Shown here piece by piece: positions 29,881 through 39,339 of a stretch of DNA of 64,000 bases (position 1 is its first letter; each line of letters starts with the position of its first letter). Under the pieces are notes generated by a model. It ran no database searches. It saw nothing but the letters and a program-made list of their open reading frames with translations, and was not told the DNA's origin. The stretch comes from Methanobrevibacter sp. (GTDB lineage Archaea > Methanobacteriota > Methanobacteria > Methanobacteriales > Methanobacteriaceae). The stretch lies in NCBI RefSeq assembly GCF_045116495.1, contig NZ_JBGULU010000036.1, positions 1,026 through 65,025 on the forward strand. Reading direction: 5' to 3'. Position numbers and translations under genes: made by a program.

Positions 29881-31593
29881 TTATAAAAATTTGAAATGTT
29901 TATATTGTCCTTTATGAATAACAGGAACCTCAGCAGGTGTAGGTTCAATGTTGTGAATTTTTTGAAAGCTTGTCTGGGTCTGGAAAGTACCTGAATTAAT
30001 CAGATGTATTCCATTAAATCTTCTATAAGAATTCACGTGAATGTGACCGGTATGGAAAATGTCCGGCACTTCATCAATTACAAGATAATCTTCAAGTTCT
30101 GAAGCTAATGGTGTTCTTTCACCATATATTGGTGCCAGATGTCGTTTCTTGAGTAATTCTTCCATTAAAAAGTCACTTTTTTCATAAGTAAATTCTTTAA
30201 CAGCCATAACCAAATCATCGAAACTGCGTCCGTGGTATATTAGGACGTTGATACCGTCAAGAGAAACTACGCCCGGATTAGATATGAATTCCACATTGTC
30301 GAGTTCATATAATGCCTTTGCATATTCCTCAGGAACTGCAGGCTGTGGCTCTGCCACCCTTGAAGCGTCGTGGTTTCCAGGGGCAATGATGATTTTGATA
30401 TCGCTTCTGATGTTTCCTAAAAATCTTGCAGCTTCATTATACTGCTCGGTAATATCTTTAATTACGAGTTCCTGATCCTGGTTTGGATAAACTCCAATTC
30501 CATCTACAATATCTCCTCCAATGATGAGATATTTAACATCTTCAGCAACTCTTCTTTGATTTTCATCACCATATTCACAGTTAATCCAATCGATAAATCT
30601 GTTGAATGCATCTTCAAGAAATGTTAGGCTGCCAATATGGACATCTGATAAAAATACGATTCCAAAGTCCATTTCTTTATCTGGAACTCTTAAAACACCC
30701 GGATTAATGATTTCCTGACCAAATGCAAAATTGCTGTCATTGCTTTTGTTTGCAATAACGCCAACAACTTCATCCCTTACAAGTTTCTCTGCTTCTGCAA
30801 ACAAATCTTCTTTGTTCTGGGAAAATAGTATTGAAATGGTTCCGGTGTCGTCTTCAAATTCTACAATTTTGTGACCGTTCTTACTGGTTCTTATTTCACG
30901 GACCATTAGAATTAGACTTAAGCTTTCCTGTGAATCATCAATGTCTGCGATTTTAGTGTAATTTCTAAGTTCAGGCCTTTTTGAAAGGATATTCTCCAGT
31001 TTTTCATATCTGCTTTTAAAGTAGGAGATTAAATTTTCAAGTTCTCCGCTTGTATATGATTTTTTACTTGTATCCTGAATAATCTCAAAATCGTATTCAA
31101 CATTACTTTTTTGAAGATTACGTTTGAATTGAATTTTTTCATCTTTAACTGTTTCAGAAGCTTCTATAATTTCCTGATTGACATATTTTTCAGGTTTATC
31201 ACTTTCTTTTTTCAAGTTATCTATTGAAGATATTTCTTTTTTTTCTTCTGCTTCTGGTGTTTTAACAGGTTTATTATCATTTGAGGTAATTGTTTTTTGT
31301 GGTGTTTGCTCTGTTTTTACTTCTTTAGGTTTTTCTGTTTCAACAGGTGAATCATTTATTAGGGTTTTTTGACTGGTATTGTCTGTTTTTTTAACATTTC
31401 CTGTAATTTCATCTATAGTTTCTCCACTGACCGAAACTAAATCTTTTGAGGAAAATTTATCACCTTTTAATTTAACTATTATTGAAGATGCAAAATCTAG
31501 AGGATTTTCAGCACTAATAACTTTATCAAATGCTTCAGGTGATAGGTTGATTCCCTTTTTTGCAAATTTTAATAGAATTTTATTAGTTGACAT
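29881..31593 (-). CDS. polB: DNA polymerase D small (exonuclease) subunit DP1
   Basis: SDVHIGS, GDIVDGIGVYP, PGNHD, YHGRS, HLAP, GHIH calcineurin-like motifs plus OB fold. Confidence 0.94.
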   Translation of the reverse strand: MSTNKILLKFAKKGINLSPEAFDKVISAENPLDFASSIIVKLKGDKFSSKDLVSVSGETIDEITGNVKKTDNTSQKTLINDSPVETEKPKEVKTEQTPQKTITSNDNKPVKTPEAEEKKEISSIDNLKKESDKPEKYVNQEIIEASETVKDEKIQFKRNLQKSNVEYDFEIIQDTSKKSYTSGELENLISYFKSRYEKLENILSKRPELRNYTKIADIDDSQESLSLILMVREIRTSKNGHKIVEFEDDTGTISILFSQNKEDLFAEAEKLVRDEVVGVIANKSNDSNFAFGQEIINPGVLRVPDKEMDFGIVFLSDVHIGSLTFLEDAFNRFIDWINCEYGDENQRRVAEDVKYLIIGGDIVDGIGVYPNQDQELVIKDITEQYNEAARFLGNIRSDIKIIIAPGNHDASRVAEPQPAVPEEYAKALYELDNVEFISNPGVVSLDGINVLIYHGRSFDDLVMAVKEFTYEKSDFLMEELLKKRHLAPIYGERTPLASELEDYLVIDEVPDIFHTGHIHVNSYRRFNGIHLINSGTFQTQTSFQKIHNIEPTPAEVPVIHKGQYKHFKFL

Positions 31594-31781
31594 ACTGGTT
31601 AAAATTTTTATTTTTTATCTTAATTAAACTTTGAGAATTTTTGATTATAATTTTGATTTTGACAAAAGAAATTTTATTTGAATTGAAATTATAGGTAATC
31701 TTTATTATATATTAAAAACTAAATTTATATCATTATAGTATAATTGTTATTTAATAACATAAAGTATTGATTGTGATAAAA

Positions 31782-32279
31782 ATGGCGAATAAAATAGTTA
31801 GAATTGTTTTAATTATTATATTATTTGTTGTATTTTTTGAATTAGGTCTTTTCGGCTCATATACTATTGTTACAGCTGAAGCTCCGGATGTTCAGGGACT
31901 GATTGATATGCAAATTTCAAAAGTATCTTCATTTTTGAATCCGGAAAAAGTTAATCAGGTTTTGATTAAAGACCCGACTCCAGTATCAATCTCTAATAAA
32001 AAAGACATCGCACTTCAAATGGAGGCGCTGTCGAAGGTAGATGGAGTTAATTACGATTCAATTAATGTAACAACAACTGAAGATCCAGATGATGGTAAAT
32101 TTAATGTAACTATTGAAGGATTAGGTTATGCATCACCTAATTCAACTTCAGGCCAAATTGTCATTACCCAAACCCCTTCATATAAGATTATAGCAAAAGG
32201 AATTGCTTCAAATAAAGGAACAGGGCTAATGGTAGACAAGGACACTGTTACAATAAATTCAGTTTTAAAGCTTTACTAA
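31782..32279 (+). CDS. Hypothetical membrane-anchored protein
   Basis: N-terminal TM helix, then a polar domain; first gene of a co-directional cluster. Confidence 0.7.
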   Translation: MANKIVRIVLIIILFVVFFELGLFGSYTIVTAEAPDVQGLIDMQISKVSSFLNPEKVNQVLIKDPTPVSISNKKDIALQMEALSKVDGVNYDSINVTTTEDPDDGKFNVTIEGLGYASPNSTSGQIVITQTPSYKIIAKGIASNKGTGLMVDKDTVTINSVLKLY

Positions 32280-32294
32280 AAAGGATGATATAAA

Positions 32295-33368
32295 ATGATT
32301 AATGTAATTGGTATTGGTCAGAATAGAGACAACATGACTTTAGGAGCTGTTAGAGCTATTGAGGAGTCAGATGTAATTATAGGCTATAAAAAATATATTG
32401 AACAGATTGAAGACTTAATAGCTGATAAAGAAATTGTTAAAAAAGGAATGGGAGATGAAATTGCAAGAGCAGAATTTGCCATTCAGAAAAGCTTGGAAGG
32501 CCAAACAGTTTCATTAATAAGTTCTGGAGACCCTGGAGTCTTTGGAATGGCTAATGTATTGTATCAGATAGTGAGTAAGTATGAAGATGTGGAAATTAAG
32601 GTTTATCCTGGTGTTTCTGCATTAAATTATGCATCCAGTCATTTAGGTGCTCCTTTAAATGATTTTGCAGCAATTAGCTTAAGTAACATTTTAACACCTT
32701 TATCCGAAATAGAAAAGAAATTAAAATTTGCACTTGAAGCTAATTTAATTGTAGCTATTTATAATCCAATAAGCAAAACTAGAAAAGAGCCTTTTAGAAG
32801 ATTTAAACAGTGCGTTTTAGACATAAAAGGTGAAGACACCTTGATTGGTATCATTGACAGTACTTATGAACCTCCAAAAACTACAATTGTCAAAGTTAAA
32901 GATTTGACTGAAGATATAGTTAACATGTCCTGCACATTAATTGTAGGCAATGATTTAACTTATGAACAGGAAGGAAAGCTTGTAACACCGAGAGGATATG
33001 TAATAAGATCCAAGATTCATCCATTATCACAAGATCATTATGAAAAGTTATTAAATGGTGAAATACCACATGGTCCAAATCGCGAATGTGACTATTATCC
33101 ATGTCACTATGAAGGACAGTATTGTGATTTCTGTTATTGTCCTTTCTATCCATGCGGTGATTCTTCAACTGGCGGAGAGTGGATTAAAGGTAAAAACGTT
33201 TGGAACTGTAAGGAATGCATGTGGCTGCATGAAAAAGAAGCGGTTGAATGTTTAAGAGAACCTTTAGAAAATATCATCGAAGAAGTTGAAGATTTAAAAG
33301 CTAAGAAAAAAACATTATTAAAGCTTAGAAGAGCATGCTTATTGAAAAATAATCCAAATGACCTTTAG
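32295..33368 (+). CDS. cbiH: Precorrin-3B C17-methyltransferase with C-terminal Cys-rich small domain
   Basis: SSGDPGVFGMA, PGVSA, ISLS, IYNP, TPRGY; tail CDYYPCH..CDFCYCPFYPC..CKEC. Confidence 0.88.
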   Translation: MINVIGIGQNRDNMTLGAVRAIEESDVIIGYKKYIEQIEDLIADKEIVKKGMGDEIARAEFAIQKSLEGQTVSLISSGDPGVFGMANVLYQIVSKYEDVEIKVYPGVSALNYASSHLGAPLNDFAAISLSNILTPLSEIEKKLKFALEANLIVAIYNPISKTRKEPFRRFKQCVLDIKGEDTLIGIIDSTYEPPKTTIVKVKDLTEDIVNMSCTLIVGNDLTYEQEGKLVTPRGYVIRSKIHPLSQDHYEKLLNGEIPHGPNRECDYYPCHYEGQYCDFCYCPFYPCGDSSTGGEWIKGKNVWNCKECMWLHEKEAVECLREPLENIIEEVEDLKAKKKTLLKLRRACLLKNNPNDL

Positions 33369-33977
33369 GTGAGTTCATTGACAATCAAAAATTTATTAAT
33401 CGAAATGAAGAATATGTCGGAGCTAATGGTCGATTTAGCTTATTCAGCTGTTTTATTTAACAGTAAAACTGCTGCTGAGGAAGTTATCACATTAGAAAAT
33501 CAAGTTAATACAATGAATTACGAAATTAAGAAAGAATCATTAGTTGCAGCCAGATCTTATGAAGATGCTGAAAAATTAACAGCTTTACTTGAAATTGCAG
33601 AAGCTGCAGAAAGTATAGCTAATGCAGCTAAAGACTTAGCCGATTTGGTTATTAAAGGATTCAAACCACATCCAGTATTCAAGATGGTAATGGAAGAATC
33701 CGATAAAAGTATTGTTAGAGTGGTTGTTGATGAATCATCAGAATTGGCCAACAATACTTTAGGAGATTTACTTTTAGTTAATCGTACCGGTATGAGAGTA
33801 ATTGCAATTAGAAGAGGTGTATCCTGGATTTATGGTCCGGATAAAAGAACAACTCTATTGCCGGAAGATACATTAATTTTAAAAGGAACAGATGAAGGAG
33901 CTGACTTGCTTGAAAAACTTGCAGCAGGAACCTGTTCTTTAGATGATATTCCAGATGAATTAGAAGATGAAAATTAA
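33369..33977 (+). CDS. PhoU-like plus TrkA-C (RCK) domain protein
   Basis: [15 protein letters not shown] helical bundle; [16 protein letters not shown] pattern. Confidence 0.82.
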   Translation: MSSLTIKNLLIEMKNMSELMVDLAYSAVLFNSKTAAEEVITLENQVNTMNYEIKKESLVAARSYEDAEKLTALLEIAEAAESIANAAKDLADLVIKGFKPHPVFKMVMEESDKSIVRVVVDESSELANNTLGDLLLVNRTGMRVIAIRRGVSWIYGPDKRTTLLPEDTLILKGTDEGADLLEKLAAGTCSLDDIPDELEDEN

Positions 33978-33999
33978 GAGCGTGATTAAATGATAGGTA

Positions 34000-35271
34000 G
34001 TGATACTTGTGAAAGACAGACAGAAGAGGATTCGCAGTTCACTATCCAAATCAGCCTTTTCAGAATTTTATGAAATTCATAAAAGTTCTATTAAGGAAGG
34101 ATTAATCGCTCTTTTAATATGTGCAGTTGGGGATTTGATAGCCGGTATTATATTAGGTAAAATGACCTTTTTCCTTGAAGCATTTCCAGGACTTTTAGTT
34201 ATTATTCCTGGAGCCATTGGTATGAGAGGAAATATTTTCGGTTCTTTTGCTTCAAGATTATCATCAAATTTACACATTGGTATAATATCCCCGCAATTTG
34301 AGTTTTCAGAGCAATTGAACTTTAATATTTTCACATCTTTTGTTTTGACATTAGTTTTATCCATATTTTTAGGCATTGTTGGTAAAATTTTCTGTCTGCT
34401 GCTCCATTATCCCTCAATGGAGTTAATAGATTTCATATTGATTTGTACTATAGCAGGAATAATTTCCAATCTGATTATGCTTCCAATAACAATGCTGGTT
34501 TCATTTAAAAGCTTTGAGCATGGCTGGGATCCGGATAACATTACCAGCCCAATCATTGCGGCTTTTGGGGATCTGCTGACTTTGCCCGCTATTATTGCAT
34601 CAATTTTTATCCTGACACTATTGAATATTAATTTCATAGTTAAGGATGTTATTCTTGCAGTTATCCTTATCGGAGTTTTAGTCAGTTTTGTCTACTGTTA
34701 TAAATTATCCTATGAAACCAAAACAATTTTAAGACAGTCCACTCCTGTATTGCTTGTATGTTCCTTTTTAGGAGGTTCAGCGGGAGGTATTCTTAACAGT
34801 TCAGTTGAAACACTGCTTACCAATCCAAGTTTGCTGACATTGCTTCCTTTATTCTCAGGAGAATGCGGAAGTTTAATCAGTATTTTAGGTGCTAAACTGT
34901 CTTCCGGTCTTCACTCCGGTTTGGTGGAACCTCTAAAAATACCTAAAGGAAATTCAATTCATAACTTTATAGTTTCTTTTATTTTAGCTATTATTGTATT
35001 CCCGTTCATAGGATTTTTAGCCGAAAGCTCATCTGTAATTCTTAAAACCGCAGGTGTCGGATTTGCAAATATTCTTTTGATAAGTACAATTGCCGGTTTA
35101 CTTTTAGTCACTATAATGGTATTTTTAGTATATTATGTATCTACAATTTCCTACAATAAGAATTTGGATCCTGATAATATTGTGATTCCTATTTCAACAA
35201 GTATTACTGATTCAATTTCTAGTTTAACATTGATAGGTGTATCATTGCTTGTTTTGGGCATGCTTATTTAA
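34000..35271 (+). CDS. MgtE-like divalent cation transporter (duplicated membrane domain)
   Basis: GMRGNIFG, two DPDN motifs, about 10 TM segments. Confidence 0.85.
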   Translation: MILVKDRQKRIRSSLSKSAFSEFYEIHKSSIKEGLIALLICAVGDLIAGIILGKMTFFLEAFPGLLVIIPGAIGMRGNIFGSFASRLSSNLHIGIISPQFEFSEQLNFNIFTSFVLTLVLSIFLGIVGKIFCLLLHYPSMELIDFILICTIAGIISNLIMLPITMLVSFKSFEHGWDPDNITSPIIAAFGDLLTLPAIIASIFILTLLNINFIVKDVILAVILIGVLVSFVYCYKLSYETKTILRQSTPVLLVCSFLGGSAGGILNSSVETLLTNPSLLTLLPLFSGECGSLISILGAKLSSGLHSGLVEPLKIPKGNSIHNFIVSFILAIIVFPFIGFLAESSSVILKTAGVGFANILLISTIAGLLLVTIMVFLVYYVSTISYNKNLDPDNIVIPISTSITDSISSLTLIGVSLLVLGMLI

Positions 35272-36137
35272 AACCATGCCTTTACAATTAAATTACAATC
35301 ATTTGTTCTAAAATAGTCATAATTTAAATTGTACATTTTGAAATTTTTGGGAACCGATACCAGCACAGCCTTTACGTTTGGTCTGTTAAAGTGGATGAAC
35401 ACCACTGCACTTGTATCGTCATAGAAGTTAATCTCGCTGTTCAGGTTGATATTTTCAGAGCCTGGTGTTTGCCACGGACGTTGTTTGACAACCCGTGTAG
35501 TATCTATTATGTATTTTAAATCGCCCTTGTCTTTAGGATTTATGAGTAGATAATAGTTGGACTTTTCCAGATTGCCCTTAAATATTTTAAAGTAGTTGCA
35601 GCTGTGCTTATTTTGGTCGTGTTTGTGATTGCATTTACCTCCGTATTGAAATTCGCTTATGACAAATCTCTTATAAAAATCGCATTTAACTGCTCTATTT
35701 ACAGCAAATATATCTCCATTTTCATTATTCTCTCCGATTTTTACACTTGAAATACTGCTCTGCTGTGGAATCAGTTCCATTGATGTTTTGATTTTCGAGT
35801 TGAACAGTTTTTTATCCACTAGATTTTTATAATTATTTTTAAGTGCAATAAATTTGGAATAGGAAATGCTGTTTGGAATAATTTCTCCTTCTTCATTGAT
35901 TATTGCAAGGCCTGGCGTTCCTTTGCCGTGTTTTTCCCAGTTATCCGGGATTCCTGGGTTATTTATTAAATTGTCTGTGAATTCATTGATTAGGTTTTCA
36001 GTATTTTCCTTTTCCGCTGAGGTTATAGCCTTATTTGTCAGTAATTCTGATGCATTAAGAACAATTCCGCTAATGAATAGAATAATAATTAAGACAATAG
36101 CTATTTCTATAACAATATTTCCTCTATTGTCCATCAT
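35268..36137 (-). CDS. Class III signal peptide (type IV pilin-like) protein
   Basis: MMDNRG|NIVIEIAIVLIII: cleavage-type G, +5 Glu, hydrophobic stretch. Confidence 0.7.
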   Translation of the reverse strand: MMDNRGNIVIEIAIVLIIILFISGIVLNASELLTNKAITSAEKENTENLINEFTDNLINNPGIPDNWEKHGKGTPGLAIINEEGEIIPNSISYSKFIALKNNYKNLVDKKLFNSKIKTSMELIPQQSSISSVKIGENNENGDIFAVNRAVKCDFYKRFVISEFQYGGKCNHKHDQNKHSCNYFKIFKGNLEKSNYYLLINPKDKGDLKYIIDTTRVVKQRPWQTPGSENINLNSEINFYDDTSAVVFIHFNRPNVKAVLVSVPKNFKMYNLNYDYFRTNDCNLIVKAWF

Positions 36138-37068
36138 CTTCCCACAACCCGTATTTTTTCCTATGGGAACTGTCCAAAATTAGGCTGTTCATGTCTGTCT
36201 TGTCGATTTTTTGTCCTGTATAGTGGTCATGGTATACAACATGGTCCGAACAGGAAATTGAATCATTCGTCAGTGGTGTGTGGGTTTGAATAAATACTTC
36301 AAATCCATAATGAGGACATGTCCCTTTTCCTTCAAGTCTGCATAAATAACAGCTTCCATCTCTGCTTTCATGAAAATAGCCTTTTTTCAAGCAGTCTTTT
36401 AATACTCCGGGATCTCCATGGTGAGTATATGGATCATATGGGCATTTTTTGATTGTCAGCGGAGATGATGCAAACAGGTAAGAAAATGGAGAGTCCAGAT
36501 TTCTAAGCTTAAGGTATCTTGCAAGGGCATTTTTGTATTTTATTTGGTCTCCATCGACATATATTCCGGATGCCGCAGTCAGTTTTGCAGGAGGCAATGG
36601 GTCTCTTAGACCTTCGACTGAAACATTCTTTTCAATAACTTTATGAAACCTGTTAGAGTTCTTTTCAATGCCCAGTTTTACTTTAAACAATACTTTCCAT
36701 GGTGTGTCTGTAGGTTTAACGGACAAAACCTCAGAAGATATTTTTGCATCGTATTTTTCGCCGAATTCCTTGTTCTTCTTTGTTAGTTTTCCATTCAAAT
36801 TCTTTTTGATTTGGTCTTCGCTGTTCAGTAATTTCAGGCTGCGATAGACTTTGGTGCAGGCATCTTCAATAGAAGCTCTTGCTAAAATTTCCAGATTATC
36901 GCTATAGTCATCAACGATATATTTGAAATTGTCATTTTCCGTTGAATCGATATTTTCATTTTCAATATAATTTAAGGTTGTAAAAACAAAAATTGCAACC
37001 AATAACAATGCTGTTATCAAAATAACAGTTGTACCCAGTATTAAATTTCCTTTTGAATCGATTTTCAT
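36124..37068 (-). CDS. Class III signal peptide-like protein with Cys/His-rich C-terminus
   Basis: MKIDSKG|NLILGTTVILITALL; EGLRDPL, CPYDPY.HHG, CYLCRLEG..CPHYG. Confidence 0.65.
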   Translation of the reverse strand: MKIDSKGNLILGTTVILITALLLVAIFVFTTLNYIENENIDSTENDNFKYIVDDYSDNLEILARASIEDACTKVYRSLKLLNSEDQIKKNLNGKLTKKNKEFGEKYDAKISSEVLSVKPTDTPWKVLFKVKLGIEKNSNRFHKVIEKNVSVEGLRDPLPPAKLTAASGIYVDGDQIKYKNALARYLKLRNLDSPFSYLFASSPLTIKKCPYDPYTHHGDPGVLKDCLKKGYFHESRDGSCYLCRLEGKGTCPHYGFEVFIQTHTPLTNDSISCSDHVVYHDHYTGQKIDKTDMNSLILDSSHRKKYGLWEDDGQ

Positions 37069-37236
37069 TATTAAAAATTAAACTTAAATTCATAAATTTT
37101 TTTTCAAAGTGCGACTTTATGCACATGTGCAAAAGTAATAATTATTAAAAAAAAACTCAAAATAAGTAATAAAAAAAATACTTTTTTATATTACTAATTA
37201 AATATTATACATATTGAAAATATATGGAGGAATTAC

Positions 37237-37635
37237 ATGTCAGATACTGTAAGAACATGGCGTCATATTCAACAGAGATATAATCTTATTGGTTCTAAAT
37301 GTACCACCTGTGGGGAATTATTCTTCCCGTCTCGTGTAGTTTGTCCTAACTGCAGGAGAAAAGGTAATCTTGAACCGTTCCAATTCAGTGGAAAAGGTAA
37401 AATTCACACATTTTCAGTTATCAGGTCAGCTCCTGACGATTTTAAAAAAGCAGCTCCTTATGCTGTAGCTGTTATTGAACTCGAAGAAGGTGCAAAATTA
37501 ACAACTCAACTTGTAGATTGTGATGTTGATGATATTGAAATTGGTGACGATGTAGAAATGGTATTTAGAAAAATCAGAGAGGATGGAAAAGACGGAGTTA
37601 TCTCTTATGGATACAAATTCAAAGTTATCAAATAA
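37237..37635 (+). CDS. DUF35 Zn-ribbon/OB-fold protein (thiolase/HMG-CoA synthase scaffold family)
   Basis: CTTCG..FFP.R.VCPNC, GKGKIHTFSVI, YGYKF. Confidence 0.88.
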   Translation: MSDTVRTWRHIQQRYNLIGSKCTTCGELFFPSRVVCPNCRRKGNLEPFQFSGKGKIHTFSVIRSAPDDFKKAAPYAVAVIELEEGAKLTTQLVDCDVDDIEIGDDVEMVFRKIREDGKDGVISYGYKFKVIK

Positions 37636-38521
37636 TACTGCTGTCATTCTCGTAAGTCATGGAAGTACCTTGCCTTATGCAGAGGAAGTATTTACAGAAA
37701 TTAAAGAAAAATTTATCAAAAAATCAGGATTAGCGACTGAAATAGGATACATGAAAGTATCCGAGCCTACTATTGCAGGAGCAGTTGAAATATTAAAAGG
37801 ACAAGTTGATGATTTGGATAAAATCATTGCACTTCCTGTATTTTTGGCTCCTGGTATTCACACTAACATCGATATTCCTCAATTATTGGGTCTTGAACCT
37901 TTGGAAGTTGATCCAAGATGTCCTGATGGAAATTACCCGCCGGAACATTATTTGTCAATAGCAGACGATGTTGATTTCGATGGCGAGATTGAACTGTTAA
38001 GTTCAATTGGGTCTCGTGATGAACTTTTGGATATAATTGATAAGAGAATTAATGAAGCTCTTGAGGATTCAAAATTAGATGATGATGCAAAAACCGGAAT
38101 TTTACTTGTTACCCACGGTTCAAGGCTAAATTACAACAAGGAATTTGCAACTGAATTATATAATAAATTTGAAAAAACCTGCGAATTACCGTCAAGCTTT
38201 GGCTTTATGGAATTATGCGGTCCAAGCATTCCAGAATCCATTAATAAACTGGTTGATGAGAATGATTTGGAAAGATTGGTTGTTATTCCGGTATTCATTG
38301 CTCCTGGTATGCACACCACTCATGATATTCCACATATTTTAGGATTTTTGGAAGACCATGAACATGAACATTCACACAGCCACGGTCACGACCATGGACA
38401 TGATCACACTCATGACCTGACTCCGGTCGAGTTTGATGGTGAAATCCTATATCCTGAGCCTATCAAGGCGGACGATATATTGATAGATATTCTGGTTTCA
38501 ATGGTAAATGAAAAATTATAA
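37607..38521 (+). CDS. cfbA: Two-domain CbiX/CfbA sirohydrochlorin chelatase
   Basis: Two HGS...P.F.A.G.H.. modules and a His-rich loop; likely start ATG 37607 after GGAG. Ni versus Co specificity is not determinable from sequence. Confidence 0.75.
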   Translation: MDTNSKLSNNTAVILVSHGSTLPYAEEVFTEIKEKFIKKSGLATEIGYMKVSEPTIAGAVEILKGQVDDLDKIIALPVFLAPGIHTNIDIPQLLGLEPLEVDPRCPDGNYPPEHYLSIADDVDFDGEIELLSSIGSRDELLDIIDKRINEALEDSKLDDDAKTGILLVTHGSRLNYNKEFATELYNKFEKTCELPSSFGFMELCGPSIPESINKLVDENDLERLVVIPVFIAPGMHTTHDIPHILGFLEDHEHEHSHSHGHDHGHDHTHDLTPVEFDGEILYPEPIKADDILIDILVSMVNEKL

Positions 38522-38617
38522 TTTTTCATATATTTTTTTGAAAAATTTTGATTTCAATATAACTTAAATAAATTTAACTTAAAATTTAATTATAATCATA
38601 TTAACGGATGATAAAAT

Positions 38618-39115
38618 ATGTCTGATAAAAAAACAGGAATCTTACTTTTAAGCCACGGTTCAAGACTTGACGATGGTGAGGAAGTAATTAAAGCTTATAA
38701 AGAAATGTATGCAGAAGAATTTCCAGAAATGCCTGTTGAATATGGATTTATGGAAATCAGAAAACCGGGCATTCCGGAAACAATCAAAAAATTAACTTCA
38801 GAAAACGATTTGGAAAAAATTATTGTTGTACCTGTATTCGTTGCTCATGGATTACATACAAAAAGGGATATTCCACAATTGCTAGGAATTGAAAGTGATT
38901 TTGATGAAGAAGCAGCATCTGGTCATCATCACCACCATCACGGACACGATGACCACGATCATGACCACCACGGTCATGGACATCATCATCACCACGATCA
39001 TGACCATGATGACGAAAAAATTGAATTTGATGGTGAAATCGTATTGACAGATCCTTTAGGAATCGATACACGTCTATACGAAATTATCAAAGACAGGGTT
39101 TCAGATAATTTATAG
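38618..39115 (+). CDS. cfbA: Single-domain CbiX/CfbA sirohydrochlorin chelatase with long His-rich loop
   Basis: LLSHGSR, GFME, PVFVAHGLHTKRDIP, poly-His/Asp insert. Confidence 0.8.
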   Translation: MSDKKTGILLLSHGSRLDDGEEVIKAYKEMYAEEFPEMPVEYGFMEIRKPGIPETIKKLTSENDLEKIIVVPVFVAHGLHTKRDIPQLLGIESDFDEEAASGHHHHHHGHDDHDHDHHGHGHHHHHDHDHDDEKIEFDGEIVLTDPLGIDTRLYEIIKDRVSDNL

Positions 39116-39140
39116 CAGAAATTCTTTTTTCTGATTTGAA
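39000..39140 (+). repeat. Direct repeat copy 1 (3' end of chelatase gene); copy 2 at 40777-40920
   Basis: atgaccatgatgacgaaaaaattgaa...cagggtttcagat...gatttgaa is near-identical at both sites. Confidence 0.9.
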
Positions 39141-39234
39141 TTATATTAATTCATTTCTATTATTTTTTTTATATCTTACTGTTTTAACATTAAATGTTGT
39201 TTTTGTATTATAATTATTATATTAATAATATCCA

Positions 39235-39254
39235 AATAATTTCTGCCAATACTC
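39235..39254. mobile_element. Orphan IS terminal repeat
   Basis: aataatttctgccaatactc is 19/20 identical to the IS end at 41787-41806. Confidence 0.8.
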
Positions 39255-39339
39255 ATTTTTTTTTAAAAGTTATATTATAATAACCAAGAAATATGCATTT
39301 TCTTTAAATTGTTTAATATTTTAGTGTGGAAATATCAAT

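Noticed and set aside
35741..35753. Exact ORB 13-mer ttacacttgaaat
   Set aside because: Inside a coding region (encodes ISSVK on the minus strand), single copy, no clear C-string tail; probably chance.
38920..39012. CAT/CAC/GAT trinucleotide-like repeat
   Set aside because: Explained by the His/Asp-rich loop of the chelatase.
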